Part shown: piece by piece, positions 28,544 to 38,329 of the stretch
Layout: every line of letters starts with the position of its first letter
How positions within the stretch are numbered: position 1 is the stretch's first letter
NCBI GenBank assembly: GCA_035258805.1
Contig: DATFWY010000099.1
Location: forward strand, 5,357-69,356
Source: Blastocatellia bacterium
Lineage (GTDB): Bacteria > Acidobacteriota > Blastocatellia > UBA7656
DNA length: 64,000 nucleotides
Direction of reading: 5' to 3'
The notes under the pieces: model-generated
Told to the model about the DNA's origin: nothing
The model's input: only the letters and a program-made list of their open reading frames with translations
The model's database searches: none
Program-made: the position numbers and the translations under genes

Positions 28544-30317
28544 AGAACCTTTAGACGCACAACTCTTACACTCGGTGGGAGCATCAATATCAATGAATAA
28601 GTTTGAAGTTGCAGCTACGCTTAAAGAGATTGCAGCACTGATGCGAATTAAGGGCGAGGATCAGTTCCGCTGGCGAGCTTACGCAAGGGCCGCGCAGTCT
28701 GTTGCAGAAGTGAGCGGCGATTTCGGAGAGATCGTCGAAGAAAAGAAATTGACGCAGATCAAAGGCATCGGCGGCTCATTGGCCGGTCTGATTGAAGATC
28801 TCTATAAGACTGGACGATCATCGTTGCTCGAAAGGCTGCGAGAGGAATTACCCGAAGGCGTGTTGACTCTCTCTAAGATTCCAGGCCTGAACGTAAAGAA
28901 GATCCAGGCGCTTAATCGCGAACTGGGGATCAGCAGCATCAGCGATCTGAAGGCCGCGCTCGAAGCCGGCAAGTTGCGAAATGTGCCCGGTTTCGGCGCA
29001 AAGAGTGAAATCTCGCTTCGTGAAAAGATTGCTGGCTATGAAACCCGCGATGAACGGATTTTACTCCTGCACGCCCTTAGGACCGCCGATAGCATCCTTG
29101 AATATATGCGCAGCGCTGCAAACCTGCGGCGAGTCGATCTCGCGGGATCAGCACGACGCTGGAAGGAAACAGTCTCAAACATAAAACTCACCGGTAGTGT
29201 TGCGAGTGACCCTGAGAACGCTGTGAATCACTTCCTGAGCTTTCCTCCCATTACAAATATCGAGAAACATGAAAAGACCACCGCAACGGTAAAGTTAATG
29301 GAGGGGATCAGGGTTTCGTTTTCAGCAGTGACCTCGAACGAGTACTGGAATCTGCTCCATTCCGAAACCGGATCAAAAAGTCACGTAAGCCGAGTCCGCG
29401 AGCTCGCTCGGGAGAAGGGATTCGAGATCACGCCTACGAAGATGAAGGTGGCAGGCAAACGAACCCCACTAAGAATCACCAGCGAGACCGATATCTATAA
29501 GCATCTCGAAATGCAATACATTCCGCCCGAATTACGTGAAGATGAGGGTGAGATTGAGGACGCGTTAGCCGGCAGGATTCCCGACGATCTCGTACTTATC
29601 GACGACATCAAGGGTATGGTGCACTGTCATACAACGTTCTCAGACGGCCGAAACACAGTTGAGGAAATGGCCCTGGCCGCACAAGCAATGGGGATAAAAT
29701 ACATGACAATCACCGATCATTCACCGACGGCGCACTATGCAAGAGGCCTCGAGATTGATCGGCTAAAACTGCAATGGGACGAGATCAGCCGAGTCCAGGA
29801 AAAGGTTTCGATCAAGCTTCTGCGAGGAACCGAGTCGGACATTCTCCGGGATGGCGCACTCGACTATCCAGACAGCATCCTTGAAAAGTTCGACGTTATC
29901 ATCGCCAGCATTCACAACCGCTACAAACTCGACGAGGATGAAATGACCCGGCGGGTTATAAACGCCATGAAGAATCCAATGTTTAAGATTTGGGGACATC
30001 CGTTGGGAAGACTAGTCCAGCGGCGGCCTCCGATCGCGTGTCGCCTCGAAAAGATATTGGACGTCATTGCGGAGTCTGCAGCAGCAATCGAAATTAGTGG
30101 CGACCCCCACAGGCTCGATCTCGAGCCTAAATGGATTAAAGAAGCGCGCAAGCGATCACTCAAATTCGTAATCTCTACTGATGCCCATTCAACAGCAGAT
30201 CTGGAGAACTTAAGATTCGGAATCGGCATTGCGAGACGAGGCGGAGTCAGACGAGGCGAAGTCCTCAATACTCTGAGCTTCAAGTCGTTTCAGCAGTCGG
30301 TCAATCCGACAGTATGA
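28533..30317 (+). CDS. polX: DNA polymerase X family protein with C-terminal PHP phosphoesterase domain
   Basis: N-terminal HhH/pol-beta-like region (KIPGLNVKKIQAL, GFGAKSEIS). C-terminal PHP motif VHCHTTFSDGRNTVEEM...ITDHS. GTG start at 28533, and ATG MNKFEVA about 60 bp downstream is more likely. Confidence 0.85.
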   Translation: MPPEEPLDAQLLHSVGASISMNKFEVAATLKEIAALMRIKGEDQFRWRAYARAAQSVAEVSGDFGEIVEEKKLTQIKGIGGSLAGLIEDLYKTGRSSLLERLREELPEGVLTLSKIPGLNVKKIQALNRELGISSISDLKAALEAGKLRNVPGFGAKSEISLREKIAGYETRDERILLLHALRTADSILEYMRSAANLRRVDLAGSARRWKETVSNIKLTGSVASDPENAVNHFLSFPPITNIEKHEKTTATVKLMEGIRVSFSAVTSNEYWNLLHSETGSKSHVSRVRELAREKGFEITPTKMKVAGKRTPLRITSETDIYKHLEMQYIPPELREDEGEIEDALAGRIPDDLVLIDDIKGMVHCHTTFSDGRNTVEEMALAAQAMGIKYMTITDHSPTAHYARGLEIDRLKLQWDEISRVQEKVSIKLLRGTESDILRDGALDYPDSILEKFDVIIASIHNRYKLDEDEMTRRVINAMKNPMFKIWGHPLGRLVQRRPPIACRLEKILDVIAESAAAIEISGDPHRLDLEPKWIKEARKRSLKFVISTDAHSTADLENLRFGIGIARRGGVRRGEVLNTLSFKSFQQSVNPTV

Positions 30318-30350
30318 TTCTTAAATTCTTACGAACCATCGGTTGTTTTC

Positions 30351-31355
30351 ATGACTCATGTTGAACGACTTCAAAAAACAGGGATCCGGCGAGTCGGGAG
30401 AAAAGGCCACTTCCGATATGTTGCCGCCGACGGCAGTAAGGTAACTCAATCGGATCTTGCTCGAATCGATGCACTTCGGCTTCCTCCGGCCTGGGCTGAA
30501 GTAGCCATCAATAGAGCCGCTGGTGGGATGCTCCAGGCCATCGGCAAAGACTGGCAATATGTCTACCACCAAAACCATGTAAAGAAGCGCCAACAGAAAA
30601 AATTCAACCGTCTGCTGAACTTTGGTCAGGCCGTTCCGAAGATGCGCCGAGTCGTGCGGCAGGACTTGAGAAAAAAGGATCTGGGACGCGAGCGCGTCAT
30701 GGCCTGTATCCTCCGAATATTGTCGACCTGTTTTATGCGTCCAGGGAGCCAGGTTTACGCGAATGAGAACGGAAGCTACGGTTTGGCTACGCTGCGCCCG
30801 AAGCACGTGCGAGTGCGAGGCGACGTCGTTGAATTCAACTTTCCCGGTAAACGACAAATCTCCCAACATCGCGAGCTAAAGGATCCTACAGTCGCCCGCG
30901 TAATTCGACAGCTTCTAAGGCGGCGCAACCACAGAGTTTTCAATTACGAAAACGGCGACGGTTTCGTCGATGTACGAAGAAGGGGAATTAATCAATACAT
31001 TCGAGAAGTGATGGGCGGTCCTTTTACTTCTAAAGACTTTCGGACGTGGGCCGGAACATTGGTTTGCGCGTGTGCGCTTGCGCGCGCCGGCTGCGAACCC
31101 CGAGAGCCTGCTCGAAGCAAGAAGAATAAAGTTGTTAAGGCGATAAAGGAGACATCGCAAATTCTCGGAAATACGCCGGCAGTTTGCCGGTCTGCGTACA
31201 TTTCACCTGAGATTCTGACTAGCTTTGATCGCGGGCATGTAATCGACCAGCACTTTGAGACTCTCGATGATCTGGTCAACCACCGCGGTGTGCATTTGCA
31301 TAATGCTGAGCGCGCTTTGCTGCGTTTGCTTAAAAGGAATGGCAAGCGCGCCTAA
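30351..31355 (+). CDS. DNA topoisomerase IB (eukaryotic/poxvirus-type)
   Basis: 334 aa. The N-terminus GIRRVGRKGHFRYVAADGSKV and the overall length match bacterial TopIB. A C-terminal catalytic Tyr region is present. Confidence 0.8.
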   Translation: MTHVERLQKTGIRRVGRKGHFRYVAADGSKVTQSDLARIDALRLPPAWAEVAINRAAGGMLQAIGKDWQYVYHQNHVKKRQQKKFNRLLNFGQAVPKMRRVVRQDLRKKDLGRERVMACILRILSTCFMRPGSQVYANENGSYGLATLRPKHVRVRGDVVEFNFPGKRQISQHRELKDPTVARVIRQLLRRRNHRVFNYENGDGFVDVRRRGINQYIREVMGGPFTSKDFRTWAGTLVCACALARAGCEPREPARSKKNKVVKAIKETSQILGNTPAVCRSAYISPEILTSFDRGHVIDQHFETLDDLVNHRGVHLHNAERALLRLLKRNGKRA

Positions 31356-31693
31356 TGAATTTGGTTTGACATTTGCAGCAGCATTATTTGAGGAATATGG
31401 TGTTGAGTGTCTCGAATGCGGACAGCTTGGAAAGATCGAACAGTGGGTTTTCGGGCAATCAAGCCAAATCGAGCAAACGAGAACTCGTTGACACAGGAAG
31501 GGACAAACGTTTTTGTCCGTCGCGACGAGAAGGGCCGTTTCGACGAGGTCGTTGATGTAGGCCGATCTCTAGGGCAGGACACGAGGCGTGAAGCAAAAAC
31601 CAAAGTTCCGCCCGGCCAAGGGGACCGCGGAGATCAAAACCGCGAGGGAAGTCTTAAAAGAGAGGCAGAATCCACGCTAAATCGAGGAATCTC

Positions 31694-32101
31694 ATGAAAA
31701 AACGAATAGCAGCCTTAAGTTTTCTGGTTATGTCATCAATGATGCTCGGGGTGATACCGACGCTGGCTTTCACCGGCCAATCGAATGCAAACAAGTCCGC
31801 CAAGACTGAAATGAAGCAGGGCGGGAAGGAAGCGAAGAACGCCGGTAAGAGTCTCGGAACAGATGTGAAAAAAGGTGAGGTTGCCAAGGGTGGCAAGGAG
31901 TTTGGCAAACACACTGCCAACGCTGCCAAACATACCGCCAAAGGAACAGCGAAAGGCACAAAAAAGGCAGCTAAGACGACCGCGAACACGACCGAAAAGG
32001 CCGCAGGCGCGACTGCAAAGGGTACCGAAAAAGCTGCAAAGACCACCGGCAACGCTGCCAAGAAGACTGGGAAGACTGTAAAGAAGGCAGTAACGCCCTA
32101 G
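31694..32101 (+). CDS. Secreted Lys/Ala/Thr-rich low-complexity repeat protein
   Basis: Signal peptide MKKRIAALSFLVMSSMMLGVIPTLAFTG, followed by degenerate AKGT/KKAAKTT repeats. 135 aa. Confidence 0.5.
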   Translation: MKKRIAALSFLVMSSMMLGVIPTLAFTGQSNANKSAKTEMKQGGKEAKNAGKSLGTDVKKGEVAKGGKEFGKHTANAAKHTAKGTAKGTKKAAKTTANTTEKAAGATAKGTEKAAKTTGNAAKKTGKTVKKAVTP

Positions 32102-32369
32102 ACAAATGATCAGAAAAAAGCCGCCCCTGGATTTTGGGCGCTTCCGGAAAACGACGACCTTGGATTGCCCCATCTGGCGGCACAGAGGTTAGGTTCGCAT
32201 TCTGTTCGAGGTTCGCGTTATAAAATGTAGCTGAAAGATGTACTTCTAAGTCTTGTCTTTCCTTAAGAGCCAAGTCGTATTGAAGTACGAAAATAGAACT
32301 CTAGTTTCTGACTCCGTGTAGCCCGCAAACCTCCTTGCGTCCAAACTCGGATTTGCTTAATATGTCGCC

Positions 32370-32726
32370 ATGCGACATGTCAATAAACAATCTGTCGTTC
32401 CAGAACCTAAAACACTGACAGAGCCTGTTCTTCTCATCCTGATGAGCCTCGCAGATCAGCCCCGACATGGATATGCGCTCATAAAAGACATCGAAGCTCT
32501 TAGCAATGGTCGAGTTCGGCTCAGCACCGGCACCCTCTTCGGAGCGATTCGCAGGCTTCTTGAGAACGGTTGGATCCAGCGCTCAAAACAACTCGACCGG
32601 TCGCGAGGGAAACAGGATTACAAACTTACTGCTGAAGGACTCAGCCAGCTCAAGTCCGAATTGAATCGAATGAAACAATTGACGCGAACGGCAAACGCCC
32701 GGCTGAAAATAAGAGAGGCGATATAA
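32370..32726 (+). CDS. PadR family transcriptional regulator
   Basis: PadR wHTH motifs (HGYALIKDIEALSNGRVRLSTGTLFGAIRRLLENGWI...DYKLT). Confidence 0.85.
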   Translation: MRHVNKQSVVPEPKTLTEPVLLILMSLADQPRHGYALIKDIEALSNGRVRLSTGTLFGAIRRLLENGWIQRSKQLDRSRGKQDYKLTAEGLSQLKSELNRMKQLTRTANARLKIREAI

Positions 32727-32732
32727 GTCGAT

Positions 32733-33179
32733 ATGCTTCGCGCGTATAAAGCTCTGCTTCAAATCTACCCGCCAGAGTATTGCGAGATGTTTGCTCACGA
32801 GATGCTGGATACCGTTGAAGGAGTTTTGCTGGAACGCAGCCGGCGCGGCGCGTTAAGTCTCTTGTTATTTCTATTCTTGGAGCTGGTGAACATTCTCAAA
32901 GGAGCGTTGACAGAATGGATCGACAGATTCACATACTCGATCTATCACTCAAGCAGCTACCTAAGCAGAAGCTGCCTGCCTAATCGACTACTGATGCGGC
33001 CGGCCGGAGTCGCTCGAGAAGCATATTTTTTTGAGTCTACGCCCGACTCCGAGCAATCAGCGGGCGGAGACGACAGCGGAATGTGCTTGAACGTTTATCA
33101 ACGCTTCGTTTCGGCGTCGCCGATTAGAAGACTGCTGATGTTGACCTGTGCGATGCTCTTCCCCATGCACCGTTCGTAA
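32733..33179 (+). CDS. Hypothetical PadR-associated protein
   Basis: 148 aa, beginning 7 bp after the PadR stop. The N-terminus (LRAYKALLQIYPPEYCEMFAHEM) resembles the prefix region found in PadR-linked proteins of Acidobacteria. No permease domain follows. Confidence 0.4.
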   Translation: MLRAYKALLQIYPPEYCEMFAHEMLDTVEGVLLERSRRGALSLLLFLFLELVNILKGALTEWIDRFTYSIYHSSSYLSRSCLPNRLLMRPAGVAREAYFFESTPDSEQSAGGDDSGMCLNVYQRFVSASPIRRLLMLTCAMLFPMHRS

Positions 33180-33234
33180 GCGTCCAAAGACCGCTAAATC
33201 AACGAGCAGCCCCACATTAGCTCAGCGAGGGCGG

Positions 33235-34515
33235 ATGCAAAGGTTAAATTTACTTTTTCTCTTGCTTGCGATTGCTGTTACTTCGTCGGCGCAGTTGCGT
33301 TTTCAGGCCCCGCCACCTCCCTCGCCCAAGCTGATCCGGGCCGGCCGCATCCTCGACATAAAGAACGGACGGTACCCGCTCGATCAGGGGATTCTTACCG
33401 AGGGGGAAAGGATCAAAGAGCTCGGATCGTGGTCCGAAGTTCAGCGCCGAGCTCCGCAAGATGTTTCGATTATTGATCTAAGCGACGCAACACTGCTGCC
33501 TGGACTCATAGATTGTCACGCACACCTTCTCATTTCCGGTGATCTTGGCCGCCTTGACCCAGCTGAGCTTGTGGTAACCACGCTCACGCGGATGAGCGTT
33601 TCAAGCCGCGCGCTGTTGGGGGCGCGTAATGCCAAAGAGGTGCTTGATGCGGGTATCACTTCGGCACGCGTTCTGGGTCACTCCGGCATCGACGGCGACG
33701 TAGCATTGCGAGACGCGATTAATGCGGGTTGGATTCCGGGGCCGAGGCTCCAGGCGGCCGCCCGCAAGATTACAGCCCTCGGCGGAATGAGTTTGCCGCC
33801 AGGAGTAGGTACTCAACTCCTGTCTCAGGAATTTCTTATGGTAAGCGGGCCCGATCAGGCTCGCGCAGCGGTTCGGGAAAACCTCGCCAGCGGCGCTGAC
33901 GTGATAAAGATTGCGATTGATTCAGAACTCGGACGCAACGGAAAGACACTATATCTTGCTCCAGAAGACGCAAAAGCGATCGTCGATGACGCTCATCGCG
34001 CTGGAATGAAGGTAGCCGCTCATGCGGCGGACAATTTTGCGGTCCAGATCGCTATCGATGCCGGAGTCGATTCAATCGAGCACGCCTGGAGCGCAACCGA
34101 CGAGCAGCTGAAGCAGATGAAAGCCAAAGGAATCTTTCTCGTCGCAACCGAGATTTACACAAACAAGCCGCCAAAGGAACGACTGCAAAGAGCGATGAAG
34201 ATCGGGGTAAGAATTGCGATGGGCTCTGACGCGTGGGCCTTGATGCCCGGCAAGACACGCGGTGAAGCGAGTCTGTTCGATCTAAAGAAGCTTCAGGATG
34301 AGGGAATGCAAAACATCGACATCATTCGATGTTGCACTATAGATGCCGCGGACTTGATGGGTTGGAGCGATCGAGTTGGAGAGATAGCGGTTGGAAAATA
34401 CGCGGATTTCGTCGCGGTGCATGGTGACCCCGTTGCGGACATAGGATTGCTTCAACACGTGCAATTCGTGATGAAAGGCGCAACGGTTGTGAGAAATGAT
34501 TTCCGGAAACATTAG
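33235..34515 (+). CDS. Secreted metal-dependent amidohydrolase family protein
   Basis: Signal peptide MQRLNLLFLLLAIAVTSSAQ. Amidohydrolase metal-binding motif LLPGLIDCHAHL and C-terminal AHAADN...H. The track lists a longer ORF from 33148. Confidence 0.8.
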   Translation: MQRLNLLFLLLAIAVTSSAQLRFQAPPPPSPKLIRAGRILDIKNGRYPLDQGILTEGERIKELGSWSEVQRRAPQDVSIIDLSDATLLPGLIDCHAHLLISGDLGRLDPAELVVTTLTRMSVSSRALLGARNAKEVLDAGITSARVLGHSGIDGDVALRDAINAGWIPGPRLQAAARKITALGGMSLPPGVGTQLLSQEFLMVSGPDQARAAVRENLASGADVIKIAIDSELGRNGKTLYLAPEDAKAIVDDAHRAGMKVAAHAADNFAVQIAIDAGVDSIEHAWSATDEQLKQMKAKGIFLVATEIYTNKPPKERLQRAMKIGVRIAMGSDAWALMPGKTRGEASLFDLKKLQDEGMQNIDIIRCCTIDAADLMGWSDRVGEIAVGKYADFVAVHGDPVADIGLLQHVQFVMKGATVVRNDFRKH

Positions 34516-34600
34516 TACAAGCCTCACATCAGAGCTATATAGCGACGGGTTAATTGGCTCTTTTCGCGTTCGGAGAGCGATCCGTATTTCGTCCAGCCTA

Positions 34601-34686
34601 TCGTTCTGCGTAATCTACGTCATCTGCGGATGGATCAATCGATCATAGCCTTTCAAAAGCCTCCATACGCAGATTACGCAGAACGA
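34601..34686. repeat. 86-bp palindromic element with 16-bp terminal inverted repeats, a member of the CTGCGTAATCTGCGGAT family
   Basis: tcgttctgcgtaatct.........agattacgcagaacga. The internal sequence contains ctgcgtaatct[acgtcat]ctgcggatgg. Related copies at 11881..11932 and 63966..63997. Confidence 0.8.
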
Positions 34687-34799
34687 TAATCTGATTCCAG
34701 GCTCTCCGCATTCGTGGGATTAATGCGCGGCTCGAAGATCCACATGCTTCCAACGGAGAATGATTTGAACATCAGACGTTTACAAACTAGTATGCGTCG

Positions 34800-37700
34800 A
34801 TGATCAAGCTCCTGGTGCTGATCCTCACCATACTAACCTTTTCAGCGACCACCGCAGCTCAGGACCGCGGCTGGGTCATACAGCTCGAAGAACCCACCGG
34901 AATCGAACGACGCGATAATGAAATTGTCAGGATTTTAACCCGCTTCGCCGCCGGCGAAACCATCAGCCGCGATTTACGGATCCTGAACGAAAAGAACCTT
35001 GAACTACCGATTCAAGTAATTGTCCGTGAATCCCATCCGGATGGCTCAATCAAAGCAGCCGAACTTCTCTTCCCCGCCACGTTGATACCTGGTCAGCTTC
35101 CTCGGTATCGCCTTCTCTCATCGTCAAGCGCTTCTGACAAGCGGCAACTCCATGAAGGCGGCGGCAACTATCTGACTGACCTGATCGCTCGCCGGCTTGG
35201 GACGAGTCGCGTCGAACTGGGCAATAGCCGCTTCGGGGTCATCATCAATCTCGGCAACGACAACACGACCCCGGCCATCGTTGAGGCCTACAACCGCGCA
35301 TCTGGTGAGCATCGAATGCTCAACCTTGTCGAAACCACACCAGACGTGAAAGAGGATCTCCGGTTCGGAGTCCGAAGCGCCGGCTGGGGAACCGCCGTAA
35401 CCAATGTTCCTGACGCAACACGACTCTCAGGATTCACCAAAGTCGAAATCATCGAGTCCGGTCCGCTGCGCGCACGGGTGCGACTTGGCGCAGCACGTTT
35501 TGGCGCAAATGCAGAAACATGGGAATTTGAATATTACGCGGGAAGTCCGGTCCTGGTTTGGCGGACTCGCATTGAATCTAAAACGGGGAGCTACGGGTTC
35601 TTTTTCTCCTCGGTGTCCGCCTTTCCGTACGAACCCTTTACGCATTGGGCCGGCGGCGCGGAAGTGAGCTGGCCCGACGGCGATACCAACAACCCGCCGC
35701 ATAAGAAGATTCTCCCCCAGAATTTTTTAGTTCGCGCGCCAGATCTTGCGGACCTTCCGGGTGGGCACGTTCTTTACTACAACCCGCTATATGACTACGG
35801 TGCGCTCGACTTCATCGAGTTGGACACCACTTTGAAATGGTTAGGAGTAGGCTCACGACAATTCTACGCCACACGAGACCTCGGAGCCGGACCTCCACAG
35901 GTACAACAAGTTGGGATTTCAGCAATCAAGCGACCAGATATCCTCGAACAAATCTCGGACTGGTCTTCCCAGATCGCGATTGCTTTCCCAAAGTGGAACG
36001 GAAATGAAACGCTCCTCGACGCTCGTGCTTGTTACCGCAAATTCGCTCAGCCGATCGTGGGGCACATCTTAGAGGCTCAGTCGCTGAGAACGCTGCCAGC
36101 CTTCACCCCGGCTCAGAAAACAACGCGTTACGAAATAGAAACCACGAAGGCGGTGCGACAAGTCGGCAACGAACCAGCTGTCGGCGTTACGCTCTCGCTT
36201 GATGGGCTATGGAAGATACGATCTGCTGAAAAGGGCGAAGGCGCAAAGGAAGGTCTCTTTCAGATTGAAGCCGACGATTCCTCCTGGCAATCAGTCCCGG
36301 TCCCGGGATCCGTTCACACTCAGATCCTTAAATATCCCGTCTACTATTCGCACGAAGCCGAGTGGATCAGCTTTAAGGAGTGGTGGTACCGCAAGCACTT
36401 TCAAGTGCCTGCGGGAATGAAGGGCAAGCTATTGCGTTTGCAGTTCGGAGCGACGGACTACTATGCCGATATCTGGCTAAACGGGAAACCACTTGGTAGA
36501 CATGAGGGCTACATCGATCCTTACGAGTTTGAAATTACCGATCGAGTCAAACTGGAGCAGGACAACGTTATCGTGGTACGCGTTTGGACTCCGGTCGATT
36601 ATTACTGGCGACATCGCCCTTACACAATCAAGGGATCTTATGGAGCGGTTGATCAAAAACCCGACGACATAACCGCCGTGGGCATAACTCGGAGTGTTCG
36701 CCTTGTAGCCAATGATTCAATCATTATTGATGACGTCGTCACTCGTCCTTTGATTAATCCAGATGGCTCCGCGGATTTGGAAGTAGAAGTGACGTTGTCA
36801 ACGAACGTAATGACGGGGACACTGAAACTCACTCTCGAGCCGCGGAATTTCTCGGGCGGTGAACAATATGAGGCGAAAGTTGACCTTTCACGTCTCGCAG
36901 ATCAAAGCGAGCGGCACGTCCAGGTGCGATTTCATCTGGACAAACCCCAATTATGGTGGACGTGGGATCACGGTTCGCCCAATCTTTACACGCTCTTCAC
37001 TCGGGTATTAGTTAACGATAATTTGTCCGACTCTAGATCTCAGGCTGTCGGCATTAGAGAAATTGAGAAAGTTGGTTGGGTTTTCTATCTGAATGGGCGT
37101 CGAACATACATCCGGGGAACGAATTCATATTACCTGGAATTGTTCATGTCTGAGATGAATCGCGAGAAGTATGTTCGCGATCTGAAATTGATGAAAAGCA
37201 TGAACATCAACATGATTCGTCTGCACTGTCACTTTCAGAATCCTGAGTTCTACGATCTCTGCGACGAACTGGGCATCCTGGTCTGGCAGGATTTCCTGGA
37301 AGCCTGGTATCCACACGACACTGAGTTTGCTTTGAAGGCGTCGCGGCTATATGACGGGCATATTCGAATGGTTCGAAATCATCCGTCCATTGCGATCTGG
37401 GCCACCAGCGATGAAGAAGATCTGGAGAACTACCGCGTCATGACAAAACATCTGGCCGGCAGACTGTTTGTTTGGGACCAGGAACATCGGCCCGTAGTAC
37501 GCTCCACAGGAAGATTTGGCGATGGTCACATTTATTACGGATGGTACGGCGGCAATATCTGGCAGTACACAACAACCGAAGAGAAATTTATATCCGAACT
37601 TGGGGCTACCGCGCTGCCGAATTACGAAACCCTAATGAAATTTCTCCCAAATCACTGGCCGATCGCGGAACACAAAGACGAATGGATATTCCGAAAGCTG

Positions 37701-38267
37701 CAGATCGGCGAGGCAATGCGCGCGTGGGGCTCACCCGACGGCAAGTCGTTGAAGGAATACATCCCACAAACTCAGGCTTATGTAGCGCGCTTGCATCAGC
37801 TCGCGATAGAGCGCATGAGACGCCGTAAATATGAAGCGGGCGGGATCTTACATTTTCATGCAATCGATTTCTGGCCTTCTGTCACGATGGCTGCACTGGA
37901 TTACTTTCGGCAGCCGACTAAGTCCTATTTCGTTGTTCAACGGAGTTTTCAGATGGTCCTCGCGAGCCTGGAGTATGATCGCGACGTTTGGAAGGTGGGA
38001 GAAGATTTCCGATGTGGGCTCTGGTTAATCAATGATCATTGGTTCTCGCTACCTCGTGCACGGGTCGTGTGGAAGATAGTTGACTCGGCCGGCACATTAG
38101 CAACCGGTGGCGAGTTGAGTGTGAAGATCACCGAAGATTCGTCAGTCAAGCTGGACGAACTTCGATGGAAGACAGCTAAGTCTGGCCATTACGAACTGCG
38201 TGCGGCAGTAATCGATGGTTCAGGAAAAACCCTGTCTGAGAATATATATGAGTTTGATGTAAAGTGA
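34800..38267 (+). CDS. Secreted glycoside hydrolase family 2 protein with long N-terminal extension
   Basis: 1155 aa with a signal peptide. GH2 sugar-binding and TIM-barrel blocks (WLNGKPLGRHEGYIDPYEFEITD; NMIRLHCHFQNPEFYDLCDELGILVWQDF). The first 450 aa or so are not assignable. Confidence 0.8.
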   Translation: MIKLLVLILTILTFSATTAAQDRGWVIQLEEPTGIERRDNEIVRILTRFAAGETISRDLRILNEKNLELPIQVIVRESHPDGSIKAAELLFPATLIPGQLPRYRLLSSSSASDKRQLHEGGGNYLTDLIARRLGTSRVELGNSRFGVIINLGNDNTTPAIVEAYNRASGEHRMLNLVETTPDVKEDLRFGVRSAGWGTAVTNVPDATRLSGFTKVEIIESGPLRARVRLGAARFGANAETWEFEYYAGSPVLVWRTRIESKTGSYGFFFSSVSAFPYEPFTHWAGGAEVSWPDGDTNNPPHKKILPQNFLVRAPDLADLPGGHVLYYNPLYDYGALDFIELDTTLKWLGVGSRQFYATRDLGAGPPQVQQVGISAIKRPDILEQISDWSSQIAIAFPKWNGNETLLDARACYRKFAQPIVGHILEAQSLRTLPAFTPAQKTTRYEIETTKAVRQVGNEPAVGVTLSLDGLWKIRSAEKGEGAKEGLFQIEADDSSWQSVPVPGSVHTQILKYPVYYSHEAEWISFKEWWYRKHFQVPAGMKGKLLRLQFGATDYYADIWLNGKPLGRHEGYIDPYEFEITDRVKLEQDNVIVVRVWTPVDYYWRHRPYTIKGSYGAVDQKPDDITAVGITRSVRLVANDSIIIDDVVTRPLINPDGSADLEVEVTLSTNVMTGTLKLTLEPRNFSGGEQYEAKVDLSRLADQSERHVQVRFHLDKPQLWWTWDHGSPNLYTLFTRVLVNDNLSDSRSQAVGIREIEKVGWVFYLNGRRTYIRGTNSYYLELFMSEMNREKYVRDLKLMKSMNINMIRLHCHFQNPEFYDLCDELGILVWQDFLEAWYPHDTEFALKASRLYDGHIRMVRNHPSIAIWATSDEEDLENYRVMTKHLAGRLFVWDQEHRPVVRSTGRFGDGHIYYGWYGGNIWQYTTTEEKFISELGATALPNYETLMKFLPNHWPIAEHKDEWIFRKLQIGEAMRAWGSPDGKSLKEYIPQTQAYVARLHQLAIERMRRRKYEAGGILHFHAIDFWPSVTMAALDYFRQPTKSYFVVQRSFQMVLASLEYDRDVWKVGEDFRCGLWLINDHWFSLPRARVVWKIVDSAGTLATGGELSVKITEDSSVKLDELRWKTAKSGHYELRAAVIDGSGKTLSENIYEFDVK

Positions 38268-38329
38268 TTTGAGACCACTCAAACCCGCTCTCAGGTGCGG
38301 AGAATCACTCGCGAAACTCGAACCAAAAT

